Positions 1 to 13,900 of a stretch of DNA of 25,568 bases are shown one piece after another. Position numbers and translations under genes: made by a program. Each line of letters opens with the position of its first letter. Position 1 is the first letter of the stretch. The notes beneath the pieces are model-generated. The model ran no database searches. It saw only the letters and a list, made by a program, of their open reading frames with translations, and had not been told where the DNA came from. The DNA comes from Utricularia gibba (Eukaryota; Plantae; Magnoliophyta). The stretch covers positions 1 to 25,568 of the forward strand of contig NEEC01000477.1 of NCBI GenBank assembly GCA_002189035.1, read 5' to 3'.

Positions 1-3000
1 TCACTGGGCACGTTCGGTCCGGCTCATGAGCCCAACCGGTGCGAGTCGACGAAAATAATGATGCATTTGTTTAAAGTAAGATGTCACGTGCACCCCACAT
101 GATTTTTTCAACAACTTACTTTATACTGAGGAGGCGGTCTTGGGGGGCACCTAGAACGGGACAAAGGTCAGGTTGGGTTAGGGCCGAAAGTTAGTTTAGC
201 CTGGCAACTAAAGCGATGCACTTATTAACGTTCGGTTTTCAGGGGCTTCCTACAAGGTTTTCAAGGAACAACTTCTCGTTTTGGTCGGCCACTCTCACGG
301 GCACTTGGTCCGGCGCTGCGTTCGGTCCGGCTCATGAGCCAACGGGTGCGAGTCGACGAAAATAATGATGCATTTGTTTAAAGTAAGATGTCACGTGCAC
401 CCCACATGATTTTTTCAACAACTTACTTTATACTTGAGGAGGCGTCGCACCTAGAACGGGACAAAGGTCAGGTTGGGTTAGGGCCGAAAGTTAGTTGTAG
501 CCTGGCAACTAAAGCGATGCACTTATTAACGTTCGGTTTCAGGGGCTTCCTACAAGGTTTTTCAAGGAACAACTTCTCGTTTTGTGTCGGCCACTCTCAC
601 TGGGCACTTGGTCCGGCGCTGCGTTCGGTCCGCTCATTGCGAGTCGACGAAAATAATGATGCATTTGTTTAAAGTAAGATGTCACGTGCACCCCACATGT
701 TTTTTCAACAACTTACTTTATACTTGAGGAGGCGGTCTTGGGGGCACCTAGAACGGACAAAGGTCAGGTTGGGTTAGGGCCGAAAGTTAGTTGTAGCCTG
801 GCAACTAAAGCGATGCACTTATTAACGTTCGGTTTTCAGGGGCTTCCTACAAGGTTTTTCAAGGAACAACTTCTCGTTTTGTGTCGGCCACTCTCACTGG
901 GCACTTGGTCCGGCGCTGCGTTCGGTCCGGCTCATGAGCCCAAGTGCGAGTCGACGAAAATAATGATGCATTTGTTTAAAGTAAGATGTCACGTGCACCC
1001 CACATGATTTTTCAACAACTTACTTTATACTTGAGGAGGCGGTCTTGGGGGCACCTAGAACGGGACAAAGGTCAGGTTGGTTAGGGCCGAAAGTTAGTTG
1101 TAGCCTGGCAACTAAAGCGATGCACTTATTAACGTTCGGGGGGGCTTCCTACAAGGTTTTTCAAGGAACAACTTCTCGTTTTGTGTCGGCCACTCTCACT
1201 GGGCAGTCCGGCTCATGAGCCCAACCGGTGCGAGTCGACGAAAATAATGATGCATTTGTTTAAAGTAAGATGTCACGTGCACCCCACATGATTTTTCAAC
1301 AACTTACTTTATACTTGAGGAGGCGGTCTTGGGGGCACCTAGAACGGACAAAGGTCAGGTTGGGTTAGGGCCGAAAGTTAGTTGTAGCCTGGCAACTAAA
1401 GCGATGCACTTATTAACGTTCGGTTTTCAGGGCTTCCTACAAGGTTTTCAAGGAACAACTTCTCGTTTTGTGTCGGCCACTCTCACTGGGCACTTGGTCC
1501 GGCGCTGCGTTCGGTCCGGCTCATGAGCCCAACCGGGTGCGAGTCGACGAAAATAATGATGCATTTGTTTAAAGTAAGATGTCACGTGCACCCCACATGA
1601 TTTTTTCAACAACTTACTTTATACTTGAGGATTGGGGCACCTAGGGGACAAAGGTCAGGTTGGGTTAGGGCCGAAAGTTAGTTGTAGCCTGGCAACTAAA
1701 GCGATGCACTTATTAACGTTCGGTTTTCAGGGCTTCCTACAAGGTTTTTCAAGGAACAACTTCTCGTTTTGTGTCGGCCACTCTCACTGCACTTGGTCCG
1801 GCGCTGCGTTCGGTCCGGCTCATGAGCCCAACCGGGTGCGAGTCGACGAAAATAATGATGCATTTGTTTAAAGTAAGATGTCACGTGCACCCCACATGAT
1901 TTTTTCAACAACTTACTTTTACTTGAGGAGGCGGTCTTGGGGGCACCTAGAACGGGACAAAGGTCAGTTGGGTTAGGGCCGAAAGTTAAGCCTGGCAACT
2001 AAAGCGATGCACTTATTAACGTTCGGTTTTCAGGGGCTTCCTACAAGGTTTTTCAAGGAACAACTTCTCGTTTTTGTGTCGGCCACTCTCACTGGGCACT
2101 TGGTCCGGCGCTGCGTTCGGTCCGGCTCATGAGCCCAACCGGGTGCGAGTCGACGAAAATAATGATGCATTTGTTTAAAGTAAGATGTCACGTGCACCCC
2201 ACATGATTTTTTCAACAACTTACTTTATACTTGAGGAGGCGGTCTTGGGGGCACCTAGGGGACAAAGGTCAGGTTGGGTTAGGCCGAAAGTTAGTTGTAG
2301 CCTGGCAACTAAAGCGATGCACTTATTAACGTTCGGTTTTCAGGGCTTCCTACAAGGTTTTTCAAGGAACAACTTCTCGTTTTGTGTCGGCCACTCTCAC
2401 TGGGCACTTGGTCCGCGCTGCGTTCGGTCCGGCTCATGAGCCCAACCGGTGCGAGTCGACGAAAATAATGATGCATTTGTTTAAAGTAAGATGTCACGTG
2501 CACCCCACATGATTTTTTCAACAACTTACTTTATACTTGAGGAGGCGGTCTTGGGGGCACTAGAACGGGACAAAGGTCAGGTTGGGTTAGGGCCGAAAGT
2601 TAGTTGTAGCCTGGCAACTAAAGCGATGCACTTATTAACGTTCGGTTTTCAGGGGCTTCCTACAAGGTTTTTCAAGGAACAACTTCTCGTTTTGTGTCGG
2701 CCACTCTCACTGGGCACTTGGTCCGGCGCTGCGTTCGGTCCGGCTCATGAGCCCAACCGGGTGCGAGTCGACGAAAATAATGATGCATTTGTTTAAAGTA
2801 GATGTCACGTGCACCCCACATGATTTTTTCAACAACTTACTTTATACTTGAGGAGCGGTCTTGGGGGCACCTAGAAGGACAAAGGTCAGGTTGGTTAGGG
2901 CGAAAGTTAGTTGTACAACTAAAGCGATGCACTTATTAACGTTCGTTTTCAGGGCTTCCTACAAGGTTTTTCAAGGAACAACTTCTCGTTTTGTGTCGGC

Positions 3001-6000
3001 CACTCTCACTGGGCACTTGGTCCGGCGCTGCGTTCGGTCCGGCTCATGAGCCCAACCGGTGCGAGTCGACGAAAATAATGATGCATTTGTTTAAAGTAAG
3101 ATGTCACGTGCACCCCACATTTTTTTTCAACAACTTACTTTATACTTGAGGCGGTCTTGGGGGGCCTAGAAGGACAAAGGTCAGGTTGGTTTAGGGCCGA
3201 AAGTTAGTTGTAGCCTGGCAACTAAAGCGATGCACTTATTAACGTTCGGTTTTCAGGGCTTCCTACAAGGTTTTTCAAGGAACAACTTCTCGTTTTGTCG
3301 GCCACTCTCACTGGGCACTTGGTCCGGCGCTGCGTTCGGTCCGGCTCATGAGCCCAACCGGGTGCGAGTCGACGAAAATAATGATGCATTTGTTTAAAGT
3401 AAGATGTCACGTGCACCCCACATGATTTTTTCAACAACTTACTTTATACTTGAGGAGGCGGTCTTTGGGGCACCTAGAACGGGACAAAGGTCAGGTTGGG
3501 TTAGGGCCGAAAGTTAGTTGTAGCCTGGCAACTAAAGCGATGCACTTATTAACGTTCGGTTTTCAGGGGCTTCCTACAAGGTTTTTCAAGGAACAACTTC
3601 TCTTTTGTGTCGGCCACTCTCACTGGGCACTTGGTCCGGCGCTGCGTTCGGTCCGGCTCATGAGCCCAACCGGGTGCGAGTCGACGAAAATAATGATGCA
3701 TTTGTTTAAAGTAAGATGTCACGTGCACCCCACATGATTTTTTCAACAACTTACTTTATACTTGAGGAGGCGGTCTTTAGAACGGGACAAAGGTCAGGTT
3801 GGGTTAGGGCCGAAAGTTAGTTGTAGCCTGGCAACTAAAGCGATGCACTTATTAACGTTCGGTTTTCAGGGCTTCCTACAAGGTTTTTCAAGGAACAACT
3901 TCTCGTTTTGTGTCGGCCACTCTCACTGGGCACTCATGAGCCCAACCGGGTGCGGTCGACGAAAATAATGATGCATTTGTTTAAAGTAAGATGTCACGTG
4001 CACCCCACATGATTTTTCAACAACTTACTTTATACTTGAGGAGGCGGTCTTGGGGGCACCTAGAAGGGACAAAGGTCAGGTTGGGTTAGGGCCGAAAGTT
4101 AGTTGTAGCCTGGCAACTAAAGCGATGCACTTATTAACGTTCGGTTTCAGGGGCTTCCTACAAGGTTTTTCAAGGAACAACTTCTCGTTTTGTGTCGGCC
4201 ACTCTCACTGGGCACTTGGTCCGCGCGCGTTCGGTCCGGCTCATGAGCCCAACCGGGTGCGAGTCGACGAAAATAATGATGCATTTGTTTAAAGTAAGAT
4301 GTCACGTGCACCCCACATGATTTTTTCAACAACTTACTTTATACTTGAGGGCGGTCTTGGGGCACCTAGAACGGGACAAAGGTCAGGTTGGGTTAGGGCC
4401 GAAAGTTAGTTGTAGCCTGGCAACTAAAGCGATGCACTTATTAACGTTCGGTTTTCAGGGGCTTCCTACAAGGTTTTTCAAGGAACAACTTCTCGTTTTG
4501 TGTCGGCCACTCTCACTGGGCACTTGGTCCGGCGCTGCGTTCGGTCCGGCTCATGAGCCCAACCGGGTGCGAGTCGACGAAAATAATGATGCATTTGTTT
4601 AAAGTAAGATGTCACGTGCACCCCACATGATTTTTCAACAACTTACTTTATACTTGAGGAGGCGGTCTTGGGGGGCACCTAGAACGGGACAAAGGTCGTT
4701 GGGTTAGGCCGAAAGTTAGTTGTAGCCTGGCAACTAAAGCGATGCACTTATTAACGTTCGGTTTTCAGGGGCTTCCTACAAGGTTTTTCAAGGAACAACT
4801 TCTCGTTTTGTGTCGGCCACTCTCACTGGGCACTTGGTCCGGCGCTGCGTTCGGTCCGGCTCATGAGCCCAACCGGGTGCGAGTCGACGAAAATAATGAT
4901 GCATTTGTTTAAAGTAAGATGTCACGTGCACCCCACATGATTTTTTCAACAACTTACTTTATACTTGAGGAGGCGGTCTTGGGGGCACCTAGAACGGGAC
5001 AAAGGTCAGGTTGGGTTAGGGCCGAAAGTTAGTTGTAGCCTGGCAACTAAAGCGATGCACTTATTAACGTTCGGTTTTCAGGGGCTTCCTACAAGGTTTT
5101 TCAAGGAACAACTTCTCGTTTTGTGTCGGCCACTCTCACTGGGCACTTGGTCCGGCGCTGCGTTCCGGCTCATGAGCCCAACCGGGTGCGAGTCGACGAA
5201 AATAATGATGCATTTGTTTAAAGTAAGATGTCACGTGCACCCCACATGATTTTTTCAACAACTTACTTTATACTTGAGGAGGCGGTCTTGGGGGCACCTA
5301 GAACGGGACAAAGGTCAGGTTGGGTTAGGGCCGAAAGTTAGTTGTAGCCTGGCAACTAAAGCGATGCACTTATTAACGTTCGGTTTTCAGGGCTTCCTAC
5401 AAGGTTTTTCAAGGAACAACTTCTCGTTTTGTGTCGGCCACTCTCACTGGGCACTTGGTCCGGCGCTGCGTTCGGTCCGGCTCATGAGCCCAACGGGTGC
5501 GAGTCGACGAAAATAATGATGCATTTGTTTAAAGTTTGTCACGTGCACCCCACATGATTTTTTCAACAACTTACTTTATACTTGAGGAGGCGGTCTTGGG
5601 GCACCTAGGGACAAAGGTCAGGTTGGGTTAGGGCCGAAAGTTAGTTGTAGCCTGGCAACCGATGCACTTATTAACGTTCGGTTTTCAGGGGCTTCCTACA
5701 AGGTTTTTCAAGGAACAACTTCTCTCGGCACTCTCACTGGGCACAATTGCGAGTCGACGAAAATAATGATGCATTTGTTTAAAGTAAGATGTCACGTGCA
5801 CCCCACATGATTTTTTCAACAACTTACTTTTTGAGGAGGCGGTCTTGGGGCACCTAGGTCTTAGTTAAGCCTGGTGCACTTATTAACGTTCGGTTTTCAG
5901 GGCTTCCTACAAGGTTTTTCAAGGAACAACTTCTCGTTTTGTGTCGGCCACTCTCACTGGGCACTTGGTCCGGCGCTGCGTTCGGTCCTCATGAGCCCAA

Positions 6001-9000
6001 CCGGGTGCGAGTCGACGAAAATAATGATGCATTTGTTTAAAGTAAGATGTCACGTGCACCCCACATGATTTTTTCAACAACTTACTTTATACTTGAGGAG
6101 TCTTGGGGCACCTAGAACGGGACAAAGGTCAGGTTGGGTTAGGGCCGAAAGTTAGTTGTAGCCTGGCAACTAAAGCGATGCACTTATTAACGTTCGGTTT
6201 TCAGGGGCTTCCTACAAGGTTTTTCAAGGAACAACTTCTCGTTTTGTGTCGGCCACTCTCACTGGGCACTTGGTCCGGCGCTGCGTTCGGTCCGGCTCAT
6301 GAGCCCAACCGGGTGCGAGTCGACGAAAATAATGATGCATTTGTTTAAAGTAAGATGTCACGTGCACCCCACATGATTTTTTCAACAACTTACTTTATAC
6401 TTGAGGAGGCGGTCTTGGGGGCACCTAGAACGGACAAAGGTCAGGTTGGGTTAGGGCCGAAAGTTAGTTGTAGCCTGGCAACTAAAGCGATGCACTTATT
6501 AACGTTCGGTTTTCAGGGCTTCCTACAAGGTTTTTCAAGGAACTTCTCGTTTTGTGTCGGCCACTCTCACTGGGCACTTGGTCCGGCGCTGCGTTCGGTC
6601 CGGCTCATGAGCCCAAGTGCGAGTCGACGAAAATAATGATGCATTTGTTTAAAGTAAGATGTCACGTGCACCCCACATGATTTTTTCAACAACTTACTTT
6701 ATACTTGAGGAGGCGGTCTTGGGGGACGGGACAAAGGTCAGGTTGGTTAGGGCCGAAAGTTAGTTGTAGCCTGGCAACTAAAGCGATGCACTTATTAACG
6801 TTCGGTTTTCAGGGCTTCCTACAAGGTTTTTCAAGGAACAACTTCTCGTTTTGTGTCGGCCACTCTCACTGGGCACTTGGTCCGGCGCTGCGTTCGGTCC
6901 GGCTCATGAGCCCAACCGGGTGCGAGTCGACGAAAATAATGATGCATTTGTTTAAAGTAAGATGTCACGTGCACCCCACATGATTTTTCAACAACTTACT
7001 TTATACTTGAGGAGGGTCTTGGGGGCACCTAGAACGGGACAAAGGTCAGGTTGGGTTAGGGCCGAAAGTTAGTTGTAGCCTGGCAACTAAAGCGATGCAC
7101 TTATTAACGTTCGGTTTTCAGGGGCTTCCTACAAGGTTTTTCAAGGAACAACTTCTCGTTTTGTGTCGGCCACTCTCACTGGGCATCGGTCCGGCTCATG
7201 AGCCCAACCGGTGCGAGTCGACAAATAATGATGCATTTGTTTAAAGTAAGATGTCACGTGCACCCCACATGATTTTTTCAACAACTTACTTTATACTTGA
7301 GGAGGCGGTCTTGGGGGCACCTAGAACGGGACAAAGGTCAGGTTGGGTTACGAAAGTTAGTTGTAGCCTGGCAACTAAAGCGATGCACTTATTAACGTTC
7401 GGTTTTCAGGGGCTTCCTACAAGGTTTTTCAAGGAACAACTTCTCGTTTTGTGTCGGCCACTCTCACTGGGCACTTGGTCCGGCGCTGCGTTCGGTCCGG
7501 CTCATGAGCCCAACCGGTGCGAGTCGACGAAAATAATGATGCATTTGTTTAAAGTAAGATGTCACGTGCACCCCACATGATTTTTCAACAACTTACTTTA
7601 TACTTGAGAGGCGGTCTTGGGGGGCACCTAGAACGGGACAAAGGTCAGGTTGGGTTAGGGCCGAAAGTTAGTTGTAGCCTGGCAACTAAAGCGATGCACT
7701 TATTAACGTTCGGTTTTCAGGGCTTCCTACAAGGTTTTTCAAGAACAACTTCTCGTTTTGTGTCGGCCACTCTCACTGGGCACTTGGTCCGGCGCTGCGT
7801 TCGGTCCGGCTCATGAGCCCAACCGGGTGCGAGTCGACGAAAATAATGATGCATTTGTTTAAAGTAAGATGTCACGTGCACCCCACATGATTTTTTCAAC
7901 AACTTACTTTATACTTGAGGAGGCGGTCTTGGGGCACCTAGAACGGGACAAAGGTCAGGTTGGGTTAGGGCCGAAAGTTAGTTGTAGCCTGGCAACTAAA
8001 GCGATGCACTTATTAACGTTCGGTTTCAGGGCTTCCTACAAGGTTTTTCAAGGAACAATTCTCGTTTTGTGTCGGCCACTCTCACTGGGCACTTGGTCCG
8101 GCGCTGCGTTCGGTCCGGCTCATGAGCCCAACCGGGTGCGAGTCGACGAAAATAATGATGCATTTGTTTAAAGTAAGATGTCACGTGCACCCCACATGAT
8201 TTTTTCAACAACTTACTTTATACTTGAGGAGGCGGTCTTGGGGCACCTAGAACGGGACAAAGTCAGGTTGGGTTAGGGCCGAAAGTTAGTTGTAGCCTGG
8301 CAACTAAAGCGATGCACTTATTAACGTTCGGTTTTCAGGGGCTTCCTACAAGGTTTTTCAAGGAACAACTTCTCGTTTTGTGTCGGCCACTCTCTGGGCA
8401 CTAGGCTCATGAGCCCAACCGGTGCGAGTCGACGAAAATAATGATGCATTTGTTTAAAGTAAGATGTCACGTGCACCCACATGATTTTTTCAACAACTTA
8501 CTTTATACTTGAGGAGCGGTCTTGGGGGCACCTAGAACGGGACAAAGGTCAGGTTGGGTTAGGGCCGAAAGTTAGTTGTAGCCTGGCAACTAAAGCGATG
8601 CAGTTCGGTTTTCAGGGGCTTCCTACAAGGTTTTTCAAGGAACAACTTCTCGTTTGTGTCGGCACTCTCACTGGGCACTTGGCCGGCGCTGCGTTCGGTC
8701 CGGCTCATGAGCCCAACCGGGTGCGAGTCGACGAAAATAATGATGCATTTGTTTAAAGTAAGATGTCACGTGCACCCCACATGATTTTTTCAACAACTTA
8801 CTTTATACTTGAGGAGGCGGTCTTGGGGGGCACCTAGAACGGGACAAAGGTCAGGTTGGGTTAGGGCCGAAAGTTAGTTGTAGCCTGGCAACTAAAGCGA
8901 TGCACTTATTAACGTTCGGTTTTCAGGGCTTCCTACAAGGTTTTCAAGGAACAACTTCTCGTTTTGTGTCGGCCACTCTCACTGGCACTTGTCCGGCGCT

Positions 9001-10100
9001 GCGTTCGGTCCGGCTCATGAGCCAACCGGGTGCGAGTCGACGAAAATAATGATGCATTTGTTTAAAGTAAGATGTCACGTGCACCCCCATGATTTTTTCA
9101 ACAACTTACTTTATACTTGAGGAGGCGGTCTTGGGGGGCACCTAGAACGGGACAAAGGTCAGGTTGGGTTAGGGCCGAAAGTTAGTTGTAGCCTGGCAAC
9201 TAAAGCGATGCACTTATTAACGTTCGGTTTTCAGGGGCTTCCTACAAGGTTTTTCAAGGAACAACTTCTCGTTTTGTGTCGGCCACTCTCACTGGGCACT
9301 TGGTCCGGCGCTGCGTTCGGTCCGGCTCATGAGCCAACCGGGTGCGAGTCGACGAAAATAATGATGCATTTGTTTAAAGTAAGATGTCACGTGCACCCAC
9401 ATGATTTTTTCAACAACTTACTTTATACTTGAGGAGGCGGTCTTGGGGGGCACCTAGAACGGGACAAAGGTCAGTTGGGTTAGGGCCGAAAGTTAGTTGT
9501 AGCCTGGCAACTAAAGCGATGCACTTATTAACGTTCGGTTTTCAGGGGCTTCCTACAAGGTTTTTCAAGGAACAACTTCTCGTTTTGTGTCGGCCACTCT
9601 CACTGGGCACTTGGTCCGGCGCTGCGTTCGGTCCGGCTCATGAGCCAACCGGTGCGAGTCGACGAAAATAATGATGCATTTGTTTAAAGTAAGATGTCAC
9701 GTGCACCCCACAATGATTTTTTCAACAACTTACTTTATACTTGAGGAGGCGGTCTTGGGGGGCACCTAGAACGGGACAAAGGTCAGGTTGGGTTAGGGCG
9801 AAAGTTAGTTGTAGCCTGGCAACTAAAGCGATGCATTATTAACGTTCGGTTTTGGGGCTTCCTACAAGGTTTTTCAAGGAACAACTTCTCGTTTTGTGTC
9901 GGCCACTCTCACTGGGCACTTGGTCGGCGCTGCGTTCGGTCCGGCTCATGAGCCAACCGGGTGCGAGTCGACGAAAATAATGATGCATTTGTTTAAAGTA
10001 AGATGTCACGTGCACCCCACATGATTTTTTCAACAACTTACTTTATACTTGAGGAGGCGGTCTTGGGGGCACCTAGAACGGGACAAAGGTCAGGTTGGTT

Positions 10101-10216
10101 AAGCTTGGCGTTGGTTTGATCTCGGCTTAAACGGCCACTCTCACTTCCGCCAACCGCGACGAAAATCCGGATGAACTTACTTTCCCCACGATGCACTTAT
10201 TAACACTTCCTACGGG
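10101..10216 (+). other. Compressed or garbled extra copy of the unit (probable read artefact)
   Basis: Unit fragments appear in correct order (CGGCCACTCTCACT, CCAACC, CGACGAAAAT, AACTTACTTT, CGATGCACTTATTAAC, CTTCCTAC), separated by short unalignable sequence. Confidence 0.75.
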
Positions 10217-10848
10217 TTTTGTGTCGGCCACTCTCACTGGGCACTTGGTCTGCGTTCGGTCCGGCTCATGAGCCCAACCGGGTGCGAGTCGACGAAAATA
10301 ATGATGCATTTGTTTAAAGTAAGATGTCACGTGCACCCCACATGATTTTTTCAACAACTTACTTTATACTTGAGGAGGCGGTCTTGGGGGGCACCTAGAA
10401 CGGGACAAAGGTCAGGTGGGTTAGGGCCGAAAGTTAGTTGTAGCCTGGCAACTAAAGCGATGCACTTATTAACGTTCGGTTTTCAGGGGCTTCCTACAAG
10501 GTTTTTCAAGGAACAACTTCTCGTTTTGTGTCGGCCACTCTCACTGGGCACTTGGTCCGGCGCTGCGTTCGGTCCGGCTCATGAGCCCAACCGGGTGCGA
10601 GTCGACGAAAATAATGATGCATTTGTTTAAAGTAAGATGTCACGTGCACCCCACATGATTTTTTCAACAACTTACTTTATACTTGAGGAGGCGGTCTTGG
10701 GGGCACCTAGAACGGGACAAAGGTCAGGTTGGGTTAGGGCCGAAAGTTAGTTAGCCTGGCAACTAAAGCGATGCACTTATTAACGTTCGGTTTTCAGGGG
10801 CTTCCTACAAGGTTTTTCAAGGAACAACTTCTCGTTTTGTGTCGGCCA

Positions 10849-10906
10849 ACTGGGGCCAACCTTTTTGCGATAAAACCCCTCTGCCCCCCAAAAAAGAATT
10901 TCAAAT
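10849..10906. other. 58-nt non-unit segment replacing 57 nt of the unit (probable miscalled signal)
   Basis: Homopolymer-rich sequence sits between GTCGGCCA and GTGCGAGTCGAC. The anchor spacing stays at 312. Confidence 0.65.
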
Positions 10907-13900
10907 GTGCGAGTCGACCATTTGTTTAAAGTAAGATGTCACGTGCACCCCACATGATTTTTTTCAACAACTTACTTTATACTTGAGGAGGCGGTCTTGG
11001 GGGCACCTAGAACGGGACAAAGGTCAGGTTGGGTTAGGGCCGAAAGTTAGTTGCCTGGCAACTAAAGCGATGCACTTATTAACGTTCGGTTTTCAGGGGC
11101 TTCCTACAAGGTTTTTCAAGGAACAACTTCTCGTTTTGTGTCGGCCACTCTCACTGGGCACTTGTCCGGCGCTGCGTTCGGTCCGGCTCATGAGCCCAAC
11201 CGGTGCGAGTCGACGAAAATAATGATGCATTTGTTTAAAGTAAGATGTCACGTGCACCCCACATGATTTTTTCAACAACTTACTTTATACTTGAGGAGGC
11301 GGTCTTGGGGGCACCTAGAACGGGACAAAGGTCAGGTTGGGTTAGGGCCGAAAGTTAGTTGTAGCCTGGCAACTAAAGCGATGCACTTATTAACGTTCGG
11401 TTTTCAGGGGCTTCCTACAAGGTTTTTCAAGGAACAAAGTTTTGTGTCGGCCACTCTCACTGGGCACTTGGTCCGGCGCTGCGTTCGGTCCGGCTCATGA
11501 GCCCAACCGGTGCGAGTCGACGAAAATAATGATGCATTTGTTTAAAGTAAGATGTCACGTGCACCCCACATGATTTTTTCAACAACTTACTTTATACTTG
11601 AGGAGGCGGTCTTGGGGGCACCTAGAACGGGACAAAGGTCAGGTTGGGTTAGGGCCGAAAGTTAGTTGTAGCCTGGCAACTAAAGCGATGCACTTAACGT
11701 TCGGTTTTCAGGGGCTTCCTACAAGGTTTTTCAAGGAACAACTTCTCGTTTGTGTCGGCCACTCTCACTGGGCACTTGGTCCGGCGCTGCGTTCGGTCCG
11801 GCTCATGAGCCAACCGGTGCGAGTCGACGAAAATAATGATGCATTTGTTTAAAGTAAGATGTCACGTGCACCCCACATGATTTTTTCAACAACTTACTTT
11901 ATACTTGAGGAGGCGGTCTTGGGGGGCACCTAGAACGGGACAAAGGTCAGGTTGGGTTAGGGCCGAAAGTTAGTTGTAGCCTGGCAACTAAAGCGATGCA
12001 CTTATTAACGTTCGGTTTTCAGGGGCTTACAAGGTTTTTCAAGGAACAACTTCTCGTTTTGTGTCGGCCACTCTCACTGGGCACTTGGTCCGGCGCTGCG
12101 TTCGGTCCGGCTCATGAGCCCAACCGGTGCGAGTCGACGAAAATAATGATGCATTTGTTTAAAGTAAGATGTCACGTGCACCCCACATGATTTTTTTCAA
12201 CAACTTACTTTACTTGAGGAGGCGGTCTTGGGGGGCACCTAGAACGGGACAAAGGTCAGGTTGGGTTAGGGCGAAAGTTAGTTGTAGCCTGGCAACTAAA
12301 GCGATGCACTTATTAACGTTCGGTTTTCAGGGGCTTCCTACAAGGTTTTTCAAGGAACAACTTCTCGTTTTGTGTCGGCCACTCTCACTGGGCACTTGGT
12401 CCGGCGCTGCGTTCGGTCCGGCTCATGAGCCCAACCGGGTGCGAGTCGACGAAATAATGATGCATTTGTTTAAAGTAAGATGTCACGTGCACCCCACATG
12501 ATTTTTTCAACAACTTACTTTATACTTGAGGAGGCGGTCTTGGGGGCACCTAGAACGGGACAAAGGTCAGGTTGGGTTAGGGCCGAAAGTTAGTTGTAGC
12601 CTGGCAACTAAAGCGATGCACTTATTAACGTTCGGTTTTCAGGGCTTCCTACAAGGTTTTTCAAGGAACAACTTCTCGTTTGTGTCGGCCACTCTCACTG
12701 GGCACTTGGTCCGGCGCTGCGTTCGGTCCGGCTCATGAGCCCAACCGGTGCGAGTCGACGAAAATAATGATGCATTTGTTTAAAGTAAGATGTCACGTGC
12801 ACCCACATGATTTTTTCAACAACTTACTTTATACTTGAGGAGGCGGTCTTGGGGCACCTAGAACGGGACAAAGGTCAGGTTGGGTTAGGGCCGAAAGTTA
12901 GTTGTAGCCTGGCAACTAAAGCGATGCACTTATTAACGTTCGGTTTTCAGGGCTTCCTACAAGGTTTTTCAAGGAAACTTCTCGTTTTGTGTCGGCCACT
13001 CTCACTGGGCACTTGTCCGGCGCTGCGTTCGGTCCGGCTCATGAGCCCAACCGGTGCGAGTCGACGAAAATAATGATGCATTTGTTTAAAGTAAGATGTC
13101 ACGTGCACCCCACATGATTTTTTCAACAACTTACTTTATACTTGAGGAGGCGGTCTTGGGGGCACCTAGAACGGGACAAAGTCAGTTGGGTTAGGGCCGA
13201 AAGTTAGTTGTAGCCTGGCAACTAAAGATGCACTTATTAACGTTCGGTTTTCAGGGGCTTCCTACAAGGTTTTTCAAGGAACAACTTCTCGTTTTGTGTC
13301 GGCCACTCTCACTGGGCACTTGGTCCGGCGCTGCGTTCGGTCCGGCTCATGAGCCCAACCGGTGCGAGTCGACGAAAATAATGATGCATTTGTTTAAAGT
13401 AAGATGTCACGTGCACCCCACATGATTTTTTCAACAACTTACTTTATACTTGAGGAGGCGGTCTTGGGGGCACCTAGAACGGGACAAAGGTCAGGTGGGT
13501 TGGGCCGAAAGTTAGTTGTAGCCTGGCAACTAAAGCGATGCACTTATTAACGTTCGGTTTTCAGGGGCTTCCTACAAGTTTTTCAAGGAACAACTTCTCG
13601 TTTTGTGTCGGCCACTCTCACTGGGCACTTGGTCCGGCGCTGCGTTCGGTCCGGCTCATGAGCCCAACCGGGTGCGAGTCGACGAAAATAATGATGCATT
13701 TGTTTAAAGTAAGATGTCACGTGCACCCCACATGATTTTTTCAACAACTTACTTTATACTTGAGGAGGCGGTCTTGGGGGGCACCTAGAACGGGACAAAG
13801 GTCAGGTTGGTTAGGGCCGAAAGTTAGTTGTAGCCTGGCAACTAAAGCGATGCACTTATTAACGTTCGGTTTTCAGGGGCTTCCTACAAGGTTTTTCAAG

